Part shown: piece after piece, positions 18,193-28,736 of the stretch
Position numbering within the stretch: the stretch's first letter is position 1
Layout of the letters: each line of letters begins with the position of its first letter
Origin: Pseudomonadota bacterium
Lineage (GTDB): Bacteria; Pseudomonadota; Gammaproteobacteria; JAKAQQ01
Length of the DNA: 64,000 nt
Reading direction: 5' to 3'
Assembly (NCBI GenBank): GCA_027338645.1
Contig: DAHWSH010000024.1
Coordinates: 12,055 to 76,054 of the forward strand
The notes under the pieces: model-generated
The model's database searches: none
What the model saw: the letters and a program-made list of their open reading frames with translations, nothing else
Told to the model about the DNA's origin: nothing
Translations under genes and position numbers: made by a program

Positions 18193-20085
18193 ATGAGTCA
18201 ATCTGAATCCGGAGCCTGGCAAGCCCTGAAAATGTTCGGGCACGGCATTAACTTCATCCGCCTGCTCATCATCAACCTCCTGTTTTTCGGGTTTTTGGCT
18301 CTGGTCTTGTTCCTGATGCTGCAACATCGAAAAACTCCGGTCGCCGAACCATCCCGGTTCGTCCTGGAGATCGGCCCCACCGGCCGTCTCGTCGAACAGG
18401 TCCACAATCCACTCGGCCGGGCCCTGGCCCGCCTGGAACAGCTTCAGACCGGGCAGGAGACGACCGTATCTGACGTCCTTCGGGCAATCCGGCTGGCCAC
18501 CCATGATTCCCACGTTCGTGCCATCGTCCTCGATACCGATCACTTTACAGGTGGCGGAATGCCTGAAATCGATTCGGTGCGTCGGGCGCTGCTCCACTTC
18601 GAGAAAACCGGCAAGCCGGTGATTGCCATCGGCCGGAACTATGACACGGCCCAGTATCTTTTGGCCTCCGTGGCAACCGAGATCGATGTTTCTCCCGAGG
18701 GCGGCGTGATCCCAAGTGGATTTGGGCTTTATGAGCCCTATATGGCCAACCTCCTCAAGCGTCTCGGGGTCGATGTCTATGTGGTTCGCGTCGGCAAGTA
18801 CAAGGATGCCGTCGAACCGTTCCTGCGCAATCACATGACGGCCCCGTCTCGCGAACAGTGGACCGCCTACCTCGGCGGCCTCTGGAAGCACTACGAGGGC
18901 GAGGTGTCACGCTCACGTCACCTGACACCGGACGCGGTGGAAGGCTATGTCGACCAGGCGGTGACCGCACTCCAGAAAAATGGGGGTGACCTGGCACGCT
19001 ATGCACTGGCGGCCCATCTGGTCACGGCCATCCAGACCCGACCCGAGATCCATGCGGCGCTTCGACACTTGGTTGGCCCCTCGGAAATCGGTCGCAGTGG
19101 TTTCAACCATCTGGGACTGACGGCTTACCTGGCTCTGCACCCGAAAGTCCAGGATCTCACGGGCCAGCCGGTGATTGCCCTGATCCACGCCGATGGAGAC
19201 ATCGTGAGCGGGTCGGCTCCCCCCGGTGAAATCGGCAGCCAGAGCCTGATCAACCTGATCCGTGCGGCCCGTCGTGATGTCCAAGTCAAGGCACTGGTTC
19301 TGCGGGTCAATAGCCCAGGGGGTAGCGCAGCCGCCTCGGACGAAATCCTGCACGCGATCACGGCCTTCGAGAAGACCGGCCGCCCCGTGGTGGTTTCGAT
19401 GGGGGACATGGCGGCATCGGGAGGGTACTGGATTTCCATGGCGGCTGATCGGATCTATGCTGAACCGACCACGCTGACCGGATCGATTGGTATTTTCGGC
19501 ATTTTTCCCGATATCGCGCCTTTGCTTGCAAAGATCGGCGTTTCGGTTCATGGCGTGGGAACCACCCCGCTGTCTGGCCAGTTCAACCCGATGCGACCTC
19601 TGTCACAGACGGCCCGGACCCTGTTCCGGATTGAGGTGCTTCATGGCTACCAGGATTTCATCGACCAGGTCGCGCATTTCCGGCACCTGACACCAACGCG
19701 GGTCAATGCAATCGGACGCGGCCACATCTGGATTGGGCAGGCCGCACTCCGACTGGGCCTGGTCAATGACTTGGGTGGACTGTCATCAGCGCTCCAAGGA
19801 GCTGCCCAACTGAGTCATCTCGTTCACTATCAAGTAGTGACTTTCAGAAAGCCATTGCCTTTTTACGTCCACTTCCTGCTGGGGTTTTCCCATCTGAGCC
19901 CGGGTGGAGCATCCGCTTCGGCTTGGGTCCTGAACCCCCCGCTCCCGGGTTGGCTCGGATGGGTGGCTGGCCTTCCCGGTGTGTCGGGAACCGGACGGGC
20001 ACTCCGGAGCGAGCTCGGGTTTCTGAAGAGCCGACGCGGGGTCTATGCGTACTGTCTGGGGTGTGAGGCTGCTCTGCTCCATTGA
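18193..20085 (+). CDS. sppA: Signal peptide peptidase SppA (protease IV, long form)
   Basis: N-terminal TM, VGKYKDAVEPF, LRVNSPGGS, SMGDMAASGGYWIS, TGSIGIFG. Confidence 0.95.
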   Translation: MSQSESGAWQALKMFGHGINFIRLLIINLLFFGFLALVLFLMLQHRKTPVAEPSRFVLEIGPTGRLVEQVHNPLGRALARLEQLQTGQETTVSDVLRAIRLATHDSHVRAIVLDTDHFTGGGMPEIDSVRRALLHFEKTGKPVIAIGRNYDTAQYLLASVATEIDVSPEGGVIPSGFGLYEPYMANLLKRLGVDVYVVRVGKYKDAVEPFLRNHMTAPSREQWTAYLGGLWKHYEGEVSRSRHLTPDAVEGYVDQAVTALQKNGGDLARYALAAHLVTAIQTRPEIHAALRHLVGPSEIGRSGFNHLGLTAYLALHPKVQDLTGQPVIALIHADGDIVSGSAPPGEIGSQSLINLIRAARRDVQVKALVLRVNSPGGSAAASDEILHAITAFEKTGRPVVVSMGDMAASGGYWISMAADRIYAEPTTLTGSIGIFGIFPDIAPLLAKIGVSVHGVGTTPLSGQFNPMRPLSQTARTLFRIEVLHGYQDFIDQVAHFRHLTPTRVNAIGRGHIWIGQAALRLGLVNDLGGLSSALQGAAQLSHLVHYQVVTFRKPLPFYVHFLLGFSHLSPGGASASAWVLNPPLPGWLGWVAGLPGVSGTGRALRSELGFLKSRRGVYAYCLGCEAALLH

Positions 20086-20097
20086 GCAGGAGGCGGG

Positions 20098-20529
20098 TTA
20101 GCGGAACAGGAGAGCGATGAGCTGCCCTGAGAGGATGGCGATCACGAGGAAATTGAGGATTATCCCGGATGCGCGGCCAACGCTTGGACCGGCGCTCCGG
20201 GACAACCCCCAGCCGTGTAACACGCGTCCCAGCAGGAAGAGGATGCCGAGCACGATGACCTCGAGCGACCGGGCCGTCGTGAGCGCTGCCATGAGCAAGA
20301 GGAGCAGGGTGAGCGGCGCAATTTCAACCGCGTTGGCGTGCACCCGGATGGCCCGTTCCAAATCCGGATGGCCGCCATCCCCGATCCCTGTGGCCGTCTT
20401 CCAGCGAAGTCGGATGACACGCAGCGCTAACCAGATGATCCAAAGCGCTGAGAGTGCCGTGATGACGGCCAGCGCGATGAGATTGTGGCGGATGATCGGC
20501 GCAAAAAAGACAATTTGCGGAATGTTCAA
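20098..20529 (-). CDS. MAPEG family membrane protein
   Basis: IGDGGHPDLERAIRVHANAVE, GRVLHGWG; 4 TM. Confidence 0.88.
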   Translation of the reverse strand: MNIPQIVFFAPIIRHNLIALAVITALSALWIIWLALRVIRLRWKTATGIGDGGHPDLERAIRVHANAVEIAPLTLLLLLMAALTTARSLEVIVLGILFLLGRVLHGWGLSRSAGPSVGRASGIILNFLVIAILSGQLIALLFR

Positions 20530-20567
20530 GTGGGGATCCTCAAAAAATCAGGGAGGGCCGGCCGGGT

Positions 20568-21050
20568 TCAGGATCCGGTCGAAGGGGTGGAGGAGGCTGT
20601 AACTGCCGGTGGGTTTTCTGCATTACGGATGGCGACAAGGAGAGAGGTGGAGAGTCGCTCCACGATCTGGGCGGAGGTCGATGAACGCCACCACTTGTCG
20701 ATCCCCCGCCGCCGATGGTATCCCAGAACCACGAGATCCGCGTGAACCGTCTCGGCCATGCGAACGATCACCTCGATCGGTTCACCCTGTTCGAGATGTC
20801 CTTCACAGCGCAAACCTCGACTTTTCAGCCGCTCGATCCCCTCGTCGAGGATATCCTGAAACCGGTTGATTTCGCCCGCGACTGCACCCCCCGCGGCGAG
20901 GGACTCTCCACCGAGAACCGCCGTCGGTAGGTGGACGATGGCGAGCAGGTGAGTACAGGCTCCGCAACAGGCTGCGAGATCCGCTCCTTCCCGGAGGGCC
21001 AGTCGGCTTTCTCGGGTTCCGTCGTAGGCCAGAAGGATTGTTCGATACAT
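20568..21050 (-). CDS. Universal stress protein
   Basis: MYRTILLAYDGT, GEPIEVIV...ADLVVLG. Confidence 0.92.
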   Translation of the reverse strand: MYRTILLAYDGTRESRLALREGADLAACCGACTHLLAIVHLPTAVLGGESLAAGGAVAGEINRFQDILDEGIERLKSRGLRCEGHLEQGEPIEVIVRMAETVHADLVVLGYHRRRGIDKWWRSSTSAQIVERLSTSLLVAIRNAENPPAVTASSTPSTGS

Positions 21051-21053
21051 CGT

Positions 21054-22610
21054 TTAGTCTCCGAGGGCGGCATGGGCCGGCGCGCTTCCCCCTCGTGCCG
21101 GCTTTTTAATGATCAGGATGAGGGGAATCATGACAATGAACGACCAGCCGATGAAGCGGAAGCAGTCCAAAAATGCCAGCATGCTGGCGTGGCGCTCGAG
21201 ATTGAGTCCCATGAGCGTGGCGAATGGGCGGTTCACCCGCAAGAGGCCGGAGGCATGCAGGTAGGATTGCAAGGCCGGATTGAAGCGGTTGATGTGTCCT
21301 CCCAGGGTGTTCCAGTTGACCTGCGTTTCATTGGTCAGCAAGGTCGAGACGATCGAGATGCCGATGGATGAACCAATGGTCCGGAGCAGGTTGTACATGC
21401 CGGCGGCTTCTGCCGATTCTCGCGGGGGGAGGGTGGAATAAGCAATGGTCGCCAGGGGAACGAAGAGCATCCCCATCCCCACCCCCTGGACCAGGATTGG
21501 CCATAGCACCCAGAAAATATTGATGTGGAGATTGTACCAGTCAAGCGCAAAGGTACCGATGGCCGACAGCACGACGCCCACCAAAACCAGAAGGCGTGCA
21601 TCCACCCGGTGGATCAGGCGACCGACCAGGAACATGCCCGCCATACTGGCCAACCCGCGAGGGGCCATGACGAGACCCGTGGTCAGAACCGGGTAGTTGA
21701 GCAGGCCTTCGAGGAGTTCAGGTTGCAGGATCAAAGTGCCATACATGCCCAGTCCCATGACCGCAATGAGGAAACAGGAACTGGAAAAATTCTGATCCCG
21801 GAACAGTCGAAGGTCAAAAATGGTTTGCCGGCCGCGGTTTTTCAGTGAATGCCAGAGAAAGCCCACGAGACCGAGACCCGCGAGAACAGTGAGCAAACGG
21901 ATGGTGTTTGAGGCGAACCAGTCATCGGTGTTACCGCGATCCAAGACGATCTGGAGTGCTCCGATGGCGAGCGCCAGAGTGACCAGTCCGAGCCAGTCCA
22001 TGCGGCGGGGCCGGCGTCCGGTGTCCGGGACTACCATGGCCGTGAGGATGAGGCAGAGAATCCCAATTGGCAGGTTCACATAGAAGTCCCAGCGCCAGGA
22101 TAAAACCTGCGTCAGGTACCCCCCTACCGTGGGACCGAGAATGGGTCCGGCCATGACCCCGATGCCCCAGATGGCCATCGCCCGGCCGCGCTGTTCCACA
22201 GGATAGGTCTGTACCAAAACCGATTGGGAAAGTGGAGAGAGTGCGGCCCCGAATACCCCCTGCAACAGCCGGAACACCACGATCTCGCTCAGCGACGTCG
22301 CCATTCCGCAAAGTCCGGAGGTCACGAGAAAACCGAAAATCGAGATCAGGAAGTAGCGTCTCTGCCCCAGCCGATCCGTCAGAAATCCGGTCAGGGGCAT
22401 TAGGATGGCTGAGGAGACGAGATAGCTTGTGAGGACCCAGGTGATCTGATCGCTTGTGGCACCGAGCTGGCCCTGCATTTTGGGTAATGCGACATTGACG
22501 ATGGTGATGTCGATGACCTGCATCACGGTGGCCATCATGACGGCCACCGTGATCAGGAAGCGGGGTGCAGAAGCAGGGTTCTCGGGAGCCTGAACGTCAG
22601 TGGGTGGCAT
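21054..22610 (-). CDS. emrB: DHA2 MFS efflux permease (EmrB/QacA)
   Basis: QVIDITIVNVALP, WVLTSYL, FRLLQG, GPILGPTVGG, NLLRTIGSSIG; 14-TM pattern. Confidence 0.92.
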   Translation of the reverse strand: MPPTDVQAPENPASAPRFLITVAVMMATVMQVIDITIVNVALPKMQGQLGATSDQITWVLTSYLVSSAILMPLTGFLTDRLGQRRYFLISIFGFLVTSGLCGMATSLSEIVVFRLLQGVFGAALSPLSQSVLVQTYPVEQRGRAMAIWGIGVMAGPILGPTVGGYLTQVLSWRWDFYVNLPIGILCLILTAMVVPDTGRRPRRMDWLGLVTLALAIGALQIVLDRGNTDDWFASNTIRLLTVLAGLGLVGFLWHSLKNRGRQTIFDLRLFRDQNFSSSCFLIAVMGLGMYGTLILQPELLEGLLNYPVLTTGLVMAPRGLASMAGMFLVGRLIHRVDARLLVLVGVVLSAIGTFALDWYNLHINIFWVLWPILVQGVGMGMLFVPLATIAYSTLPPRESAEAAGMYNLLRTIGSSIGISIVSTLLTNETQVNWNTLGGHINRFNPALQSYLHASGLLRVNRPFATLMGLNLERHASMLAFLDCFRFIGWSFIVMIPLILIIKKPARGGSAPAHAALGD

Positions 22611-23619
22611 GAGCCTGGGTGGCAGGGGAGGGCCGGTCCAAAACTTCAACGGTCACGCTGGCACTGGCGCCCACCCGCAGCGGATAAGCGGGGCTCGGGT
22701 TCAAGACAGCGATCCGGACTGGAACGCGCTGGGTGACTTTGACCCAGTTCCCCGTCGCGTTTTCGGGGGGAAGCAGGGAAAAAGCGGTCCCGGCTGCGGG
22801 ACTGATGCTGATCACCCGGCCCTGGAACCGATGTCCCGGATACATGTCGACGTGGATGCGGGCGGGATCTCCCACCCGGATCCGCGAGAGGTCGGTTTCC
22901 TTGTAGTTGGCATTCACCCACCAAAAGTGCGAGCAGACAATCACGAAGGGTGCCTGTCCGGTCAGTGCCATGTTGCCGGAGCGGAGCTTGACCTTGGCGG
23001 TCTCCCCATCACAGGTGGAATGAACATGCGTCTGCTTGAGTCGCCACAAGGCATTGCTGAGGTTGGCCTGGGCAATCTCGACGAGTTGATTGTGCACTCC
23101 GGGCCGACCCAGTTTTTGGCGGGCCGCTTCCAGCTGGGATTCGGCCAGATGGAGTCGGGCACGGGCACTTTTCAGCGCTGCAAGCGCGTTATCGTAGTTC
23201 TGATCGGTGGCATAACCCTCGCCCAGGAGATTGTGGGCCCGCCGGGCATTGAGCCGGTCGTTGACGTAGATGGCGTGAGCGAAAGCCACGTTGGCTTGGT
23301 CGGCTTCGACCTCAGCGGCTTCGGCATGGACATCCCGCAAAGCCTCGGTCAGTTCGGCCCGGGCCCGGGCAACCGCAATCCGGAAGGGTGTGGGGTCAAT
23401 CTGGAATAGGAGCTCGCCATTTTTGACTTTTTCATGGTTGCGAACGAGAACCGTGACGATTCGTCCGGAAACCAGAGGAGCTGGACGGACGACGTGCGCG
23501 TCCAGATACGCGTCTTCCGTACTCGGGTGGTACTTGCTGTACTCGTAGTACCCGTAGCCCCCGCCTAACAAACCCAACCCCACCACGGTGAGCAGGGACC
23601 AGCGGATGATCTTGCGCAC
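22597..23619 (-). CDS. emrA: EmrA/HlyD membrane fusion protein
   Basis: STEDAY, ANYKETDL, FSLLPPENATGNWVKVTQRVPVRI; GGAGG RBS before GTG. Confidence 0.92.
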   Translation of the reverse strand: MRKIIRWSLLTVVGLGLLGGGYGYYEYSKYHPSTEDAYLDAHVVRPAPLVSGRIVTVLVRNHEKVKNGELLFQIDPTPFRIAVARARAELTEALRDVHAEAAEVEADQANVAFAHAIYVNDRLNARRAHNLLGEGYATDQNYDNALAALKSARARLHLAESQLEAARQKLGRPGVHNQLVEIAQANLSNALWRLKQTHVHSTCDGETAKVKLRSGNMALTGQAPFVIVCSHFWWVNANYKETDLSRIRVGDPARIHVDMYPGHRFQGRVISISPAAGTAFSLLPPENATGNWVKVTQRVPVRIAVLNPSPAYPLRVGASASVTVEVLDRPSPATQAHATH

Positions 23620-23773
23620 AGATAAGCCTCCAGAAAAGGAGAGTGGCATCCGATGCACCATTCCACGAGAAGAGGGAAACTCCCCTTCAGTAGTGGGGTG
23701 GTACCGGGAATGCGGTCTCTATTTTAGCGTATAAACGGTCGCGCCCCGTGTCGCCGGGCCCGCCCGGGTGGGG

Positions 23774-26734
23774 CTACTCCAGGCGATTCAGTTCTTCCAG
23801 CTGACGGACGAGTTCTCCGCAGTGAAGATCGAGCGTAGCCAAGCGGGCTTGTTCGGCTTCGATCAAGGATTGAGGAGCACGGTCGCGGAAGGCCGAATTT
23901 TGAAGGCGGGCCTGGACTTGGATCTTCTGCCGGGAAGCGTTTTCGAACTCCTTCCGAAGACGGGCCGTTTCGGCCTCGCGATCGATATGACCGGTGAGGG
24001 TCAGCCAGAGTGTCACGGAGGGAGTCACGAGTGTGGCCGACCCCGCCGGTTTGGGTGATCCGACCGGTATTTCCTCACAGTTTTCGAGTCTGGCCAAAAG
24101 CCGGATGGAGGCGATTTCACCTCGAATGATCCGAGCTTCCGCCGCATCCGTTGTGGTCATCACGAAGGCGGCCTTGAGCCGTTTCGCGTCGGCAATCCGG
24201 TAGGCTGAACGGGTTCGACGGATGGCCATGACGAGCTCCTGCAGGCGTTGGACCCCCTGTTCCAATGCTGGGTCCAGATCCTCCGGAACCGGGTGAGGTG
24301 AGGGGGCGTTCAGGATCAGACCCGGAGCCTCCGGGTGCAGCCAGGCGAGCCTTCCCCATAACTCTTCAGTGATGAAAGGAATGACCGGATGAAGGAGGCG
24401 AAGGATCGCGCTATAGGTCTCCTTCAGGGTGGAGCGGGTTTCGGAGCGGGTTGCCTCATCTCCGGATCCGGGTGCGAGATGGTTTTTTGCAATCTCGAGA
24501 TACCAGTCACAAAACTCGTTCCAGGTGAACTCGTAGAGATGGGTCGCAAGCTCGTCGAAACGATAGCTGTCGAGCGCCGCCTCGGCGGCCGCGCAGATCG
24601 AAGCCAGGCGGGAGCGGATCCAGCGGTTCCAGACTTGTGAGGCCGGGGTGAAAGGGACGGGTTGCCCACCCAACTGTTGGATCAGCCGGCCGGCATTCCA
24701 AAGTTTGTTGCAGAAATTACGATAACCGGCAACCCGCTTCAGGTCGAAGCGCAGATCCCGTCCGGGTGCGGCGAGGGCCGTGAAGGTGAAGCGCAGGGCA
24801 TCGGTTCCGAAGGCCGGAATGCCTTGCGGGTATTCCTTGCGGGTCTGGGTCGCAATTTTTTGCGCCTGGTTTGACAAAAGCAGTCCATGGGTCCGTTTTC
24901 GGATCAGAGTTTCAAGGTCGATGCCGTCGATCAGGTCGAGAGGGTCGAGCACATTGCCCTTGGATTTGGACATTTTCTGTCCTTCGGCATCGCGGACCAG
25001 GGCATGGACATAGACAGTCCGGAACGGGACCTCGTCCATGACATGGAGCCCCATCATCACCATGCGGGCCACCCAGAAAAAAATGATATCGAAGCCCGTG
25101 ACCAGAACCGCAGTCGGATAAAACGTCTGGAGTGCTGGGGTGTCTTCCGGCCAGCCCAGGGTGGCAAAGGGCCATAGCGCCGATGAAAACCAGGTGTCGA
25201 GCACATCCGGGTCCTGGTGGAGCGAACAGTCCGGATCCAGGGCATGCCGATGGCGTACATCGGCCTCGTCATGCCCGACATACCATTGCCCCCGATCGTC
25301 GTACCATGCAGGAATCCGGTGACCCCACCAGAGTTGCCGGCTGATGCACCAGTCCTGGATATGGTGCAGCCAGTCAAGAAAGTTTTGAGTCCAGTTTTCG
25401 GGGACGAACCGGATGTCTCCCTTTTCCACCGCCTGGATTGCACGCTCTGCGAGCGGCCGGGTCTGGACGAACCATTGCCGGGTGAGCATCGGTTCGATAA
25501 TGGCGCCGGAACGGTCGCCCCGTGGGATGGAAAGCCGGTGCGGTTCGGTTTTTTCGACGCGTCCTAAGGTTTTGAGTTCATCCATCAGTCGCTCTCGGGC
25601 CTTGAGACAGTCCAGTCCCCGATAAGCGTCCGGGATGAGACGGCCCCGACCCAGTTCCGGGGCCTCCCAGTCGAGGCCCGGTGGCAGCCAGTACAAGGGC
25701 TCCCGGGAGGTGGCCTCGCGGGCGGCCTGGGCCGGTTCGGTGAGCCGCCCACGGGAGTCCAGAATGCGGAACAGAGGCAAGGCATTCTTTACATGGAGGC
25801 GCTCCCAGACAGCAAAGTCATTGAAGTCGTGCGCCGGGGTGATCTTGACGCAGCCGGTTCCGAAAGCCGGATCGACAAAGGGATCGGCAATCACGGGAAT
25901 TTTTCGGCCACCGGTGGGCAACCATACCTGCTGCCCCACGAGGTCGTGGTAACGCGTGTCTTCGGGATGCACGGCCAGGGCCACATCACCGAAGAGGGTT
26001 TCGGGTCGGGTGGTCGCGACCACAACTGCCGAATGTCCATCGGTTCGGGGATAGCGGAGGTACCAGAGTGTGCCGGTTTCCTCCTCGGCTCGGACCTCGA
26101 GATCGGACAGCGCGGTCTCGAGTTGGGGATCCCAGTTGACGAGGCGCAATCCCCGATAAATCAGGCCCTCATCGTGAAGGCGGATAAAGACTTGAGCCAC
26201 GGCCCGGCTCATGGCGGGATCCAGCGTGAAACGCTCGCGGGCCCAATCCGCCGAACAGCCGAGCCGCTTCATCTGGCGGAGAATCGTTCCACCGGAGACC
26301 TCCTTCCAGGCCCAGACCCGTTTGAGGAAGGCCTCCCGGCCAAGTGTTATCCGGTTCAATCCCTCCTTTTCGAGTTCTCGCTCGACGACCATCTGTGTGG
26401 CGATTCCCGCATGATCGGTTCCGGTCTGCCAGAGTGTGCAGGCTCCATCCATGCGAGCCCTCCGGATCAGAATATCCATGAGGGTGTCCTGGAAGGCATG
26501 GCCCATGTGCAGCGTGCCGGTTACGTTGGGAGGAGGAAGCAGGATGCAGTAGGGCGCACCTTCACCGGCTGGTTTGAAGCCTCCACCCTCGAGCCACTGA
26601 CCGTAAAGCTGTTCTTCCACTTCCCGGGGCTCGTAAGCCTTGGGCAAGGGGAGGGCTGTTGTTTTCGGATCCATCCCTTCACTTTCCGGGTGTTCCTCAC
26701 CGGCTTTCGGGGAAGTCGGGGGAGTGCGCTTCAT
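23774..26734 (-). CDS. valS: Valine--tRNA ligase
   Basis: PPPNVTGTLHMGH, DHAGIATQ, ATTRPET, WCISRQLWWGH, KMSKSKGN; C-terminal coiled coil. Confidence 0.98.
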   Translation of the reverse strand: MKRTPPTSPKAGEEHPESEGMDPKTTALPLPKAYEPREVEEQLYGQWLEGGGFKPAGEGAPYCILLPPPNVTGTLHMGHAFQDTLMDILIRRARMDGACTLWQTGTDHAGIATQMVVERELEKEGLNRITLGREAFLKRVWAWKEVSGGTILRQMKRLGCSADWARERFTLDPAMSRAVAQVFIRLHDEGLIYRGLRLVNWDPQLETALSDLEVRAEEETGTLWYLRYPRTDGHSAVVVATTRPETLFGDVALAVHPEDTRYHDLVGQQVWLPTGGRKIPVIADPFVDPAFGTGCVKITPAHDFNDFAVWERLHVKNALPLFRILDSRGRLTEPAQAAREATSREPLYWLPPGLDWEAPELGRGRLIPDAYRGLDCLKARERLMDELKTLGRVEKTEPHRLSIPRGDRSGAIIEPMLTRQWFVQTRPLAERAIQAVEKGDIRFVPENWTQNFLDWLHHIQDWCISRQLWWGHRIPAWYDDRGQWYVGHDEADVRHRHALDPDCSLHQDPDVLDTWFSSALWPFATLGWPEDTPALQTFYPTAVLVTGFDIIFFWVARMVMMGLHVMDEVPFRTVYVHALVRDAEGQKMSKSKGNVLDPLDLIDGIDLETLIRKRTHGLLLSNQAQKIATQTRKEYPQGIPAFGTDALRFTFTALAAPGRDLRFDLKRVAGYRNFCNKLWNAGRLIQQLGGQPVPFTPASQVWNRWIRSRLASICAAAEAALDSYRFDELATHLYEFTWNEFCDWYLEIAKNHLAPGSGDEATRSETRSTLKETYSAILRLLHPVIPFITEELWGRLAWLHPEAPGLILNAPSPHPVPEDLDPALEQGVQRLQELVMAIRRTRSAYRIADAKRLKAAFVMTTTDAAEARIIRGEIASIRLLARLENCEEIPVGSPKPAGSATLVTPSVTLWLTLTGHIDREAETARLRKEFENASRQKIQVQARLQNSAFRDRAPQSLIEAEQARLATLDLHCGELVRQLEELNRLE

Positions 26735-28272
26735 CCGGTGGGGGCTCCCTGTTCCGGATGTCCGAGACTTCCGGGACGCAGTTCGTGCAGTTCCGTCGGC
26801 GATCCGGTGGCCGCTTGTTCATGGGCAGAGGACAGTCGGTTGAGCAGCGGAACGAGTGCACTGGACAGGATGGCGATGATCAGTGCCGCCAGTCCGAGCA
26901 TCATGAAAAGGTGTATGTAGATCGGCAGGGTCGTCACCGGATTGTGGAGGTTTTTCGGCACGGCAGCCAGATTGGCCACAGCACTACCTAGATACTCGGA
27001 AGCACCGACCCCGAGAAACCAGGCGCCCATCATGAACCCGCGCATCCGTTGAGGCACAAGCCGCGATACCATGGCCAGGCCCAGGCCGCTGATCAGCAGT
27101 TCTCCCAAGGACTGGAGACCATAGCCCGCGACCATCCATCCTGCGGAGATCCGGCCCAGAACTGCGAAATGACCGCTCAGGGCATAAACATAAAAAGCGC
27201 CACTGACCAGATACATGCCCAGAGCGAACTTGGTCGAGATGCTGAGATCCGACCCCCGGCGCCCGAAGTGATTGTACATCCAGGCCAGGATCGGAGAGGC
27301 GATCACGATCCAGAGCGGGTCGAGCACCTGGAACTGGGCGGGTTGAATCGGAATACCCAACCAGTGATGCTCAACATTGCGCAGGGCAAACAGGGTGAGC
27401 GAAGTCGACATCTGTTGGTAGAAAACGAAAAAGGCGATGGTTTCGAGGGTCAGGACGAGGCAGACGATGATTCCGTTCCGTTCCCGGAGCGATCCCCGGA
27501 TGATCATGTAGAGGAACAGGCTTATGACCAGGAGTCCCGTGATTGCAACCAGCACCGTCGCGACCACGGTATGCTGGATCACATAGGCCATAAGGAATAC
27601 GGTGGCCAGACTGCCACCTCCAACGATCGCGGTTTTGCCCCAATGCAGAGGACGGCTATCCGGAGGAGATCCCACTTGCCCAAGGGCCTTGCGCATCACG
27701 GCGTAGTTGGCAAGACCCAGGGCCAAACCGATCCAGCACAACATGAAAGCCATGTGCCATCCATAGAGGGCCGCAACGATGGGCGTCAAAAACATGGAAA
27801 TCAGCGAGCCGATGTTGACGGCGAGGTAATAAAGTGTGAAGGCACTGTCGATCTGGGAAGGTTCTCCATGGTAGAGCTGCCCGATCAGATTACTGGGATT
27901 GGCCTTAAACAGTCCGTTGCCGACCGCAATCACGGCCAGCGACAGGTACAACAGACCGGCGAAGGGAAGAGAAAGTAGGAAATAGCCGCCGAGGAGGGTT
28001 GCCGCACCCATGACCATCGTGCGTCGCGAACCCAGTACGGAATCCCCGATCCAGCCGCCCAGGCAGGGCAGGGCGTAGACGATGGCGGAAAAAGCCCCCC
28101 AGCGGAGGTTGGCTGACGCATCGCCCATATGCATTCGTTGGACGAGGAAAAGCACGAGCAGCGCGGCCATTCCGTAATAGCCGAAGCGTTCCCACATCTC
28201 GATGAAAAACAGGGCGGTGAAAGAGAGTGACCGGCGCATCGGAGGGTGCCCGGGGTCCAGGGTCTGCGGCAT
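26731..28272 (-). CDS. Proton-dependent oligopeptide transporter (POT/PTR, DtpA-like)
   Basis: ExxERFGYYG motif (EMWERFGYYG), GNGLFKAN, YYLAVNIGS, GELLISGLGL. Confidence 0.93.
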   Translation of the reverse strand: MPQTLDPGHPPMRRSLSFTALFFIEMWERFGYYGMAALLVLFLVQRMHMGDASANLRWGAFSAIVYALPCLGGWIGDSVLGSRRTMVMGAATLLGGYFLLSLPFAGLLYLSLAVIAVGNGLFKANPSNLIGQLYHGEPSQIDSAFTLYYLAVNIGSLISMFLTPIVAALYGWHMAFMLCWIGLALGLANYAVMRKALGQVGSPPDSRPLHWGKTAIVGGGSLATVFLMAYVIQHTVVATVLVAITGLLVISLFLYMIIRGSLRERNGIIVCLVLTLETIAFFVFYQQMSTSLTLFALRNVEHHWLGIPIQPAQFQVLDPLWIVIASPILAWMYNHFGRRGSDLSISTKFALGMYLVSGAFYVYALSGHFAVLGRISAGWMVAGYGLQSLGELLISGLGLAMVSRLVPQRMRGFMMGAWFLGVGASEYLGSAVANLAAVPKNLHNPVTTLPIYIHLFMMLGLAALIIAILSSALVPLLNRLSSAHEQAATGSPTELHELRPGSLGHPEQGAPTG

Positions 28273-28298
28273 GGTTCTGGTTCCCACAAGAAGTTCGC

Positions 28299-28736
28299 TT
28301 ATTCTGCCGTTTTTGGGTCGTGTTCGTGAAAATCAAACCCGGCTTTGCGGTAGGCCGCTTCCCGTTCCCGACCGGCTGCACTGTCGCGCTGGGCCGGATT
28401 CGTGATTTCAGCAATGCGGTCATATCGTTCCCACTGGGGATCGGGATGGTCAGGATCGATCTGGATCAGCAGGGGATAGGTTTCCGGGTCGCCCTCGCCC
28501 AGGCTGATCCAGACCGGGGCCCGCGGGTTCCGGTCTCGTCCATGGGGAATAAAACTCCGGTCCCGGAAAGTCCAGAGCATCTGGTCGAACGCCTCTGCCT
28601 CGGCGGCATCACGCACCTGAAGAACCAACCGGTAACCTTGGTGGACTGCCTTTTCAACCAGTCGACAGACGAAGCGGTTTCGGGCAGCCGGATCCTCCGG
28701 GCGGGTTTCCAGGTAGTAGCGGTCTACCCGGGGCAT
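28299..28736 (-). CDS. holC: DNA polymerase III subunit chi
   Basis: RVDRYYL, CRLVEKA, DQMLWTFRDRSFIPH, YRKAGF; pepA-holC-valS synteny. Confidence 0.9.
   Translation of the reverse strand: MPRVDRYYLETRPEDPAARNRFVCRLVEKAVHQGYRLVLQVRDAAEAEAFDQMLWTFRDRSFIPHGRDRNPRAPVWISLGEGDPETYPLLIQIDPDHPDPQWERYDRIAEITNPAQRDSAAGREREAAYRKAGFDFHEHDPKTAE

Noticed and set aside
19824-19840. Inverted repeat TCACTA-tcaag-TAGTGA inside sppA
   Set aside because: 6-bp arms are expected many times by chance in 64 kb; intragenic and unsupported.
23646-23696. Imperfect hairpins upstream of emrA
   Set aside because: Short and bulged, no U-tract, no recognisable operator or riboswitch; could be regulatory but unsupported.
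25620-25750. Insertion in ValS editing region (AQAAREATSREPLYWLPPGLDWEAPELG...)
   Set aside because: An insert in this region is a known feature of beta/gammaproteobacterial ValRS; not an intein and not novel.
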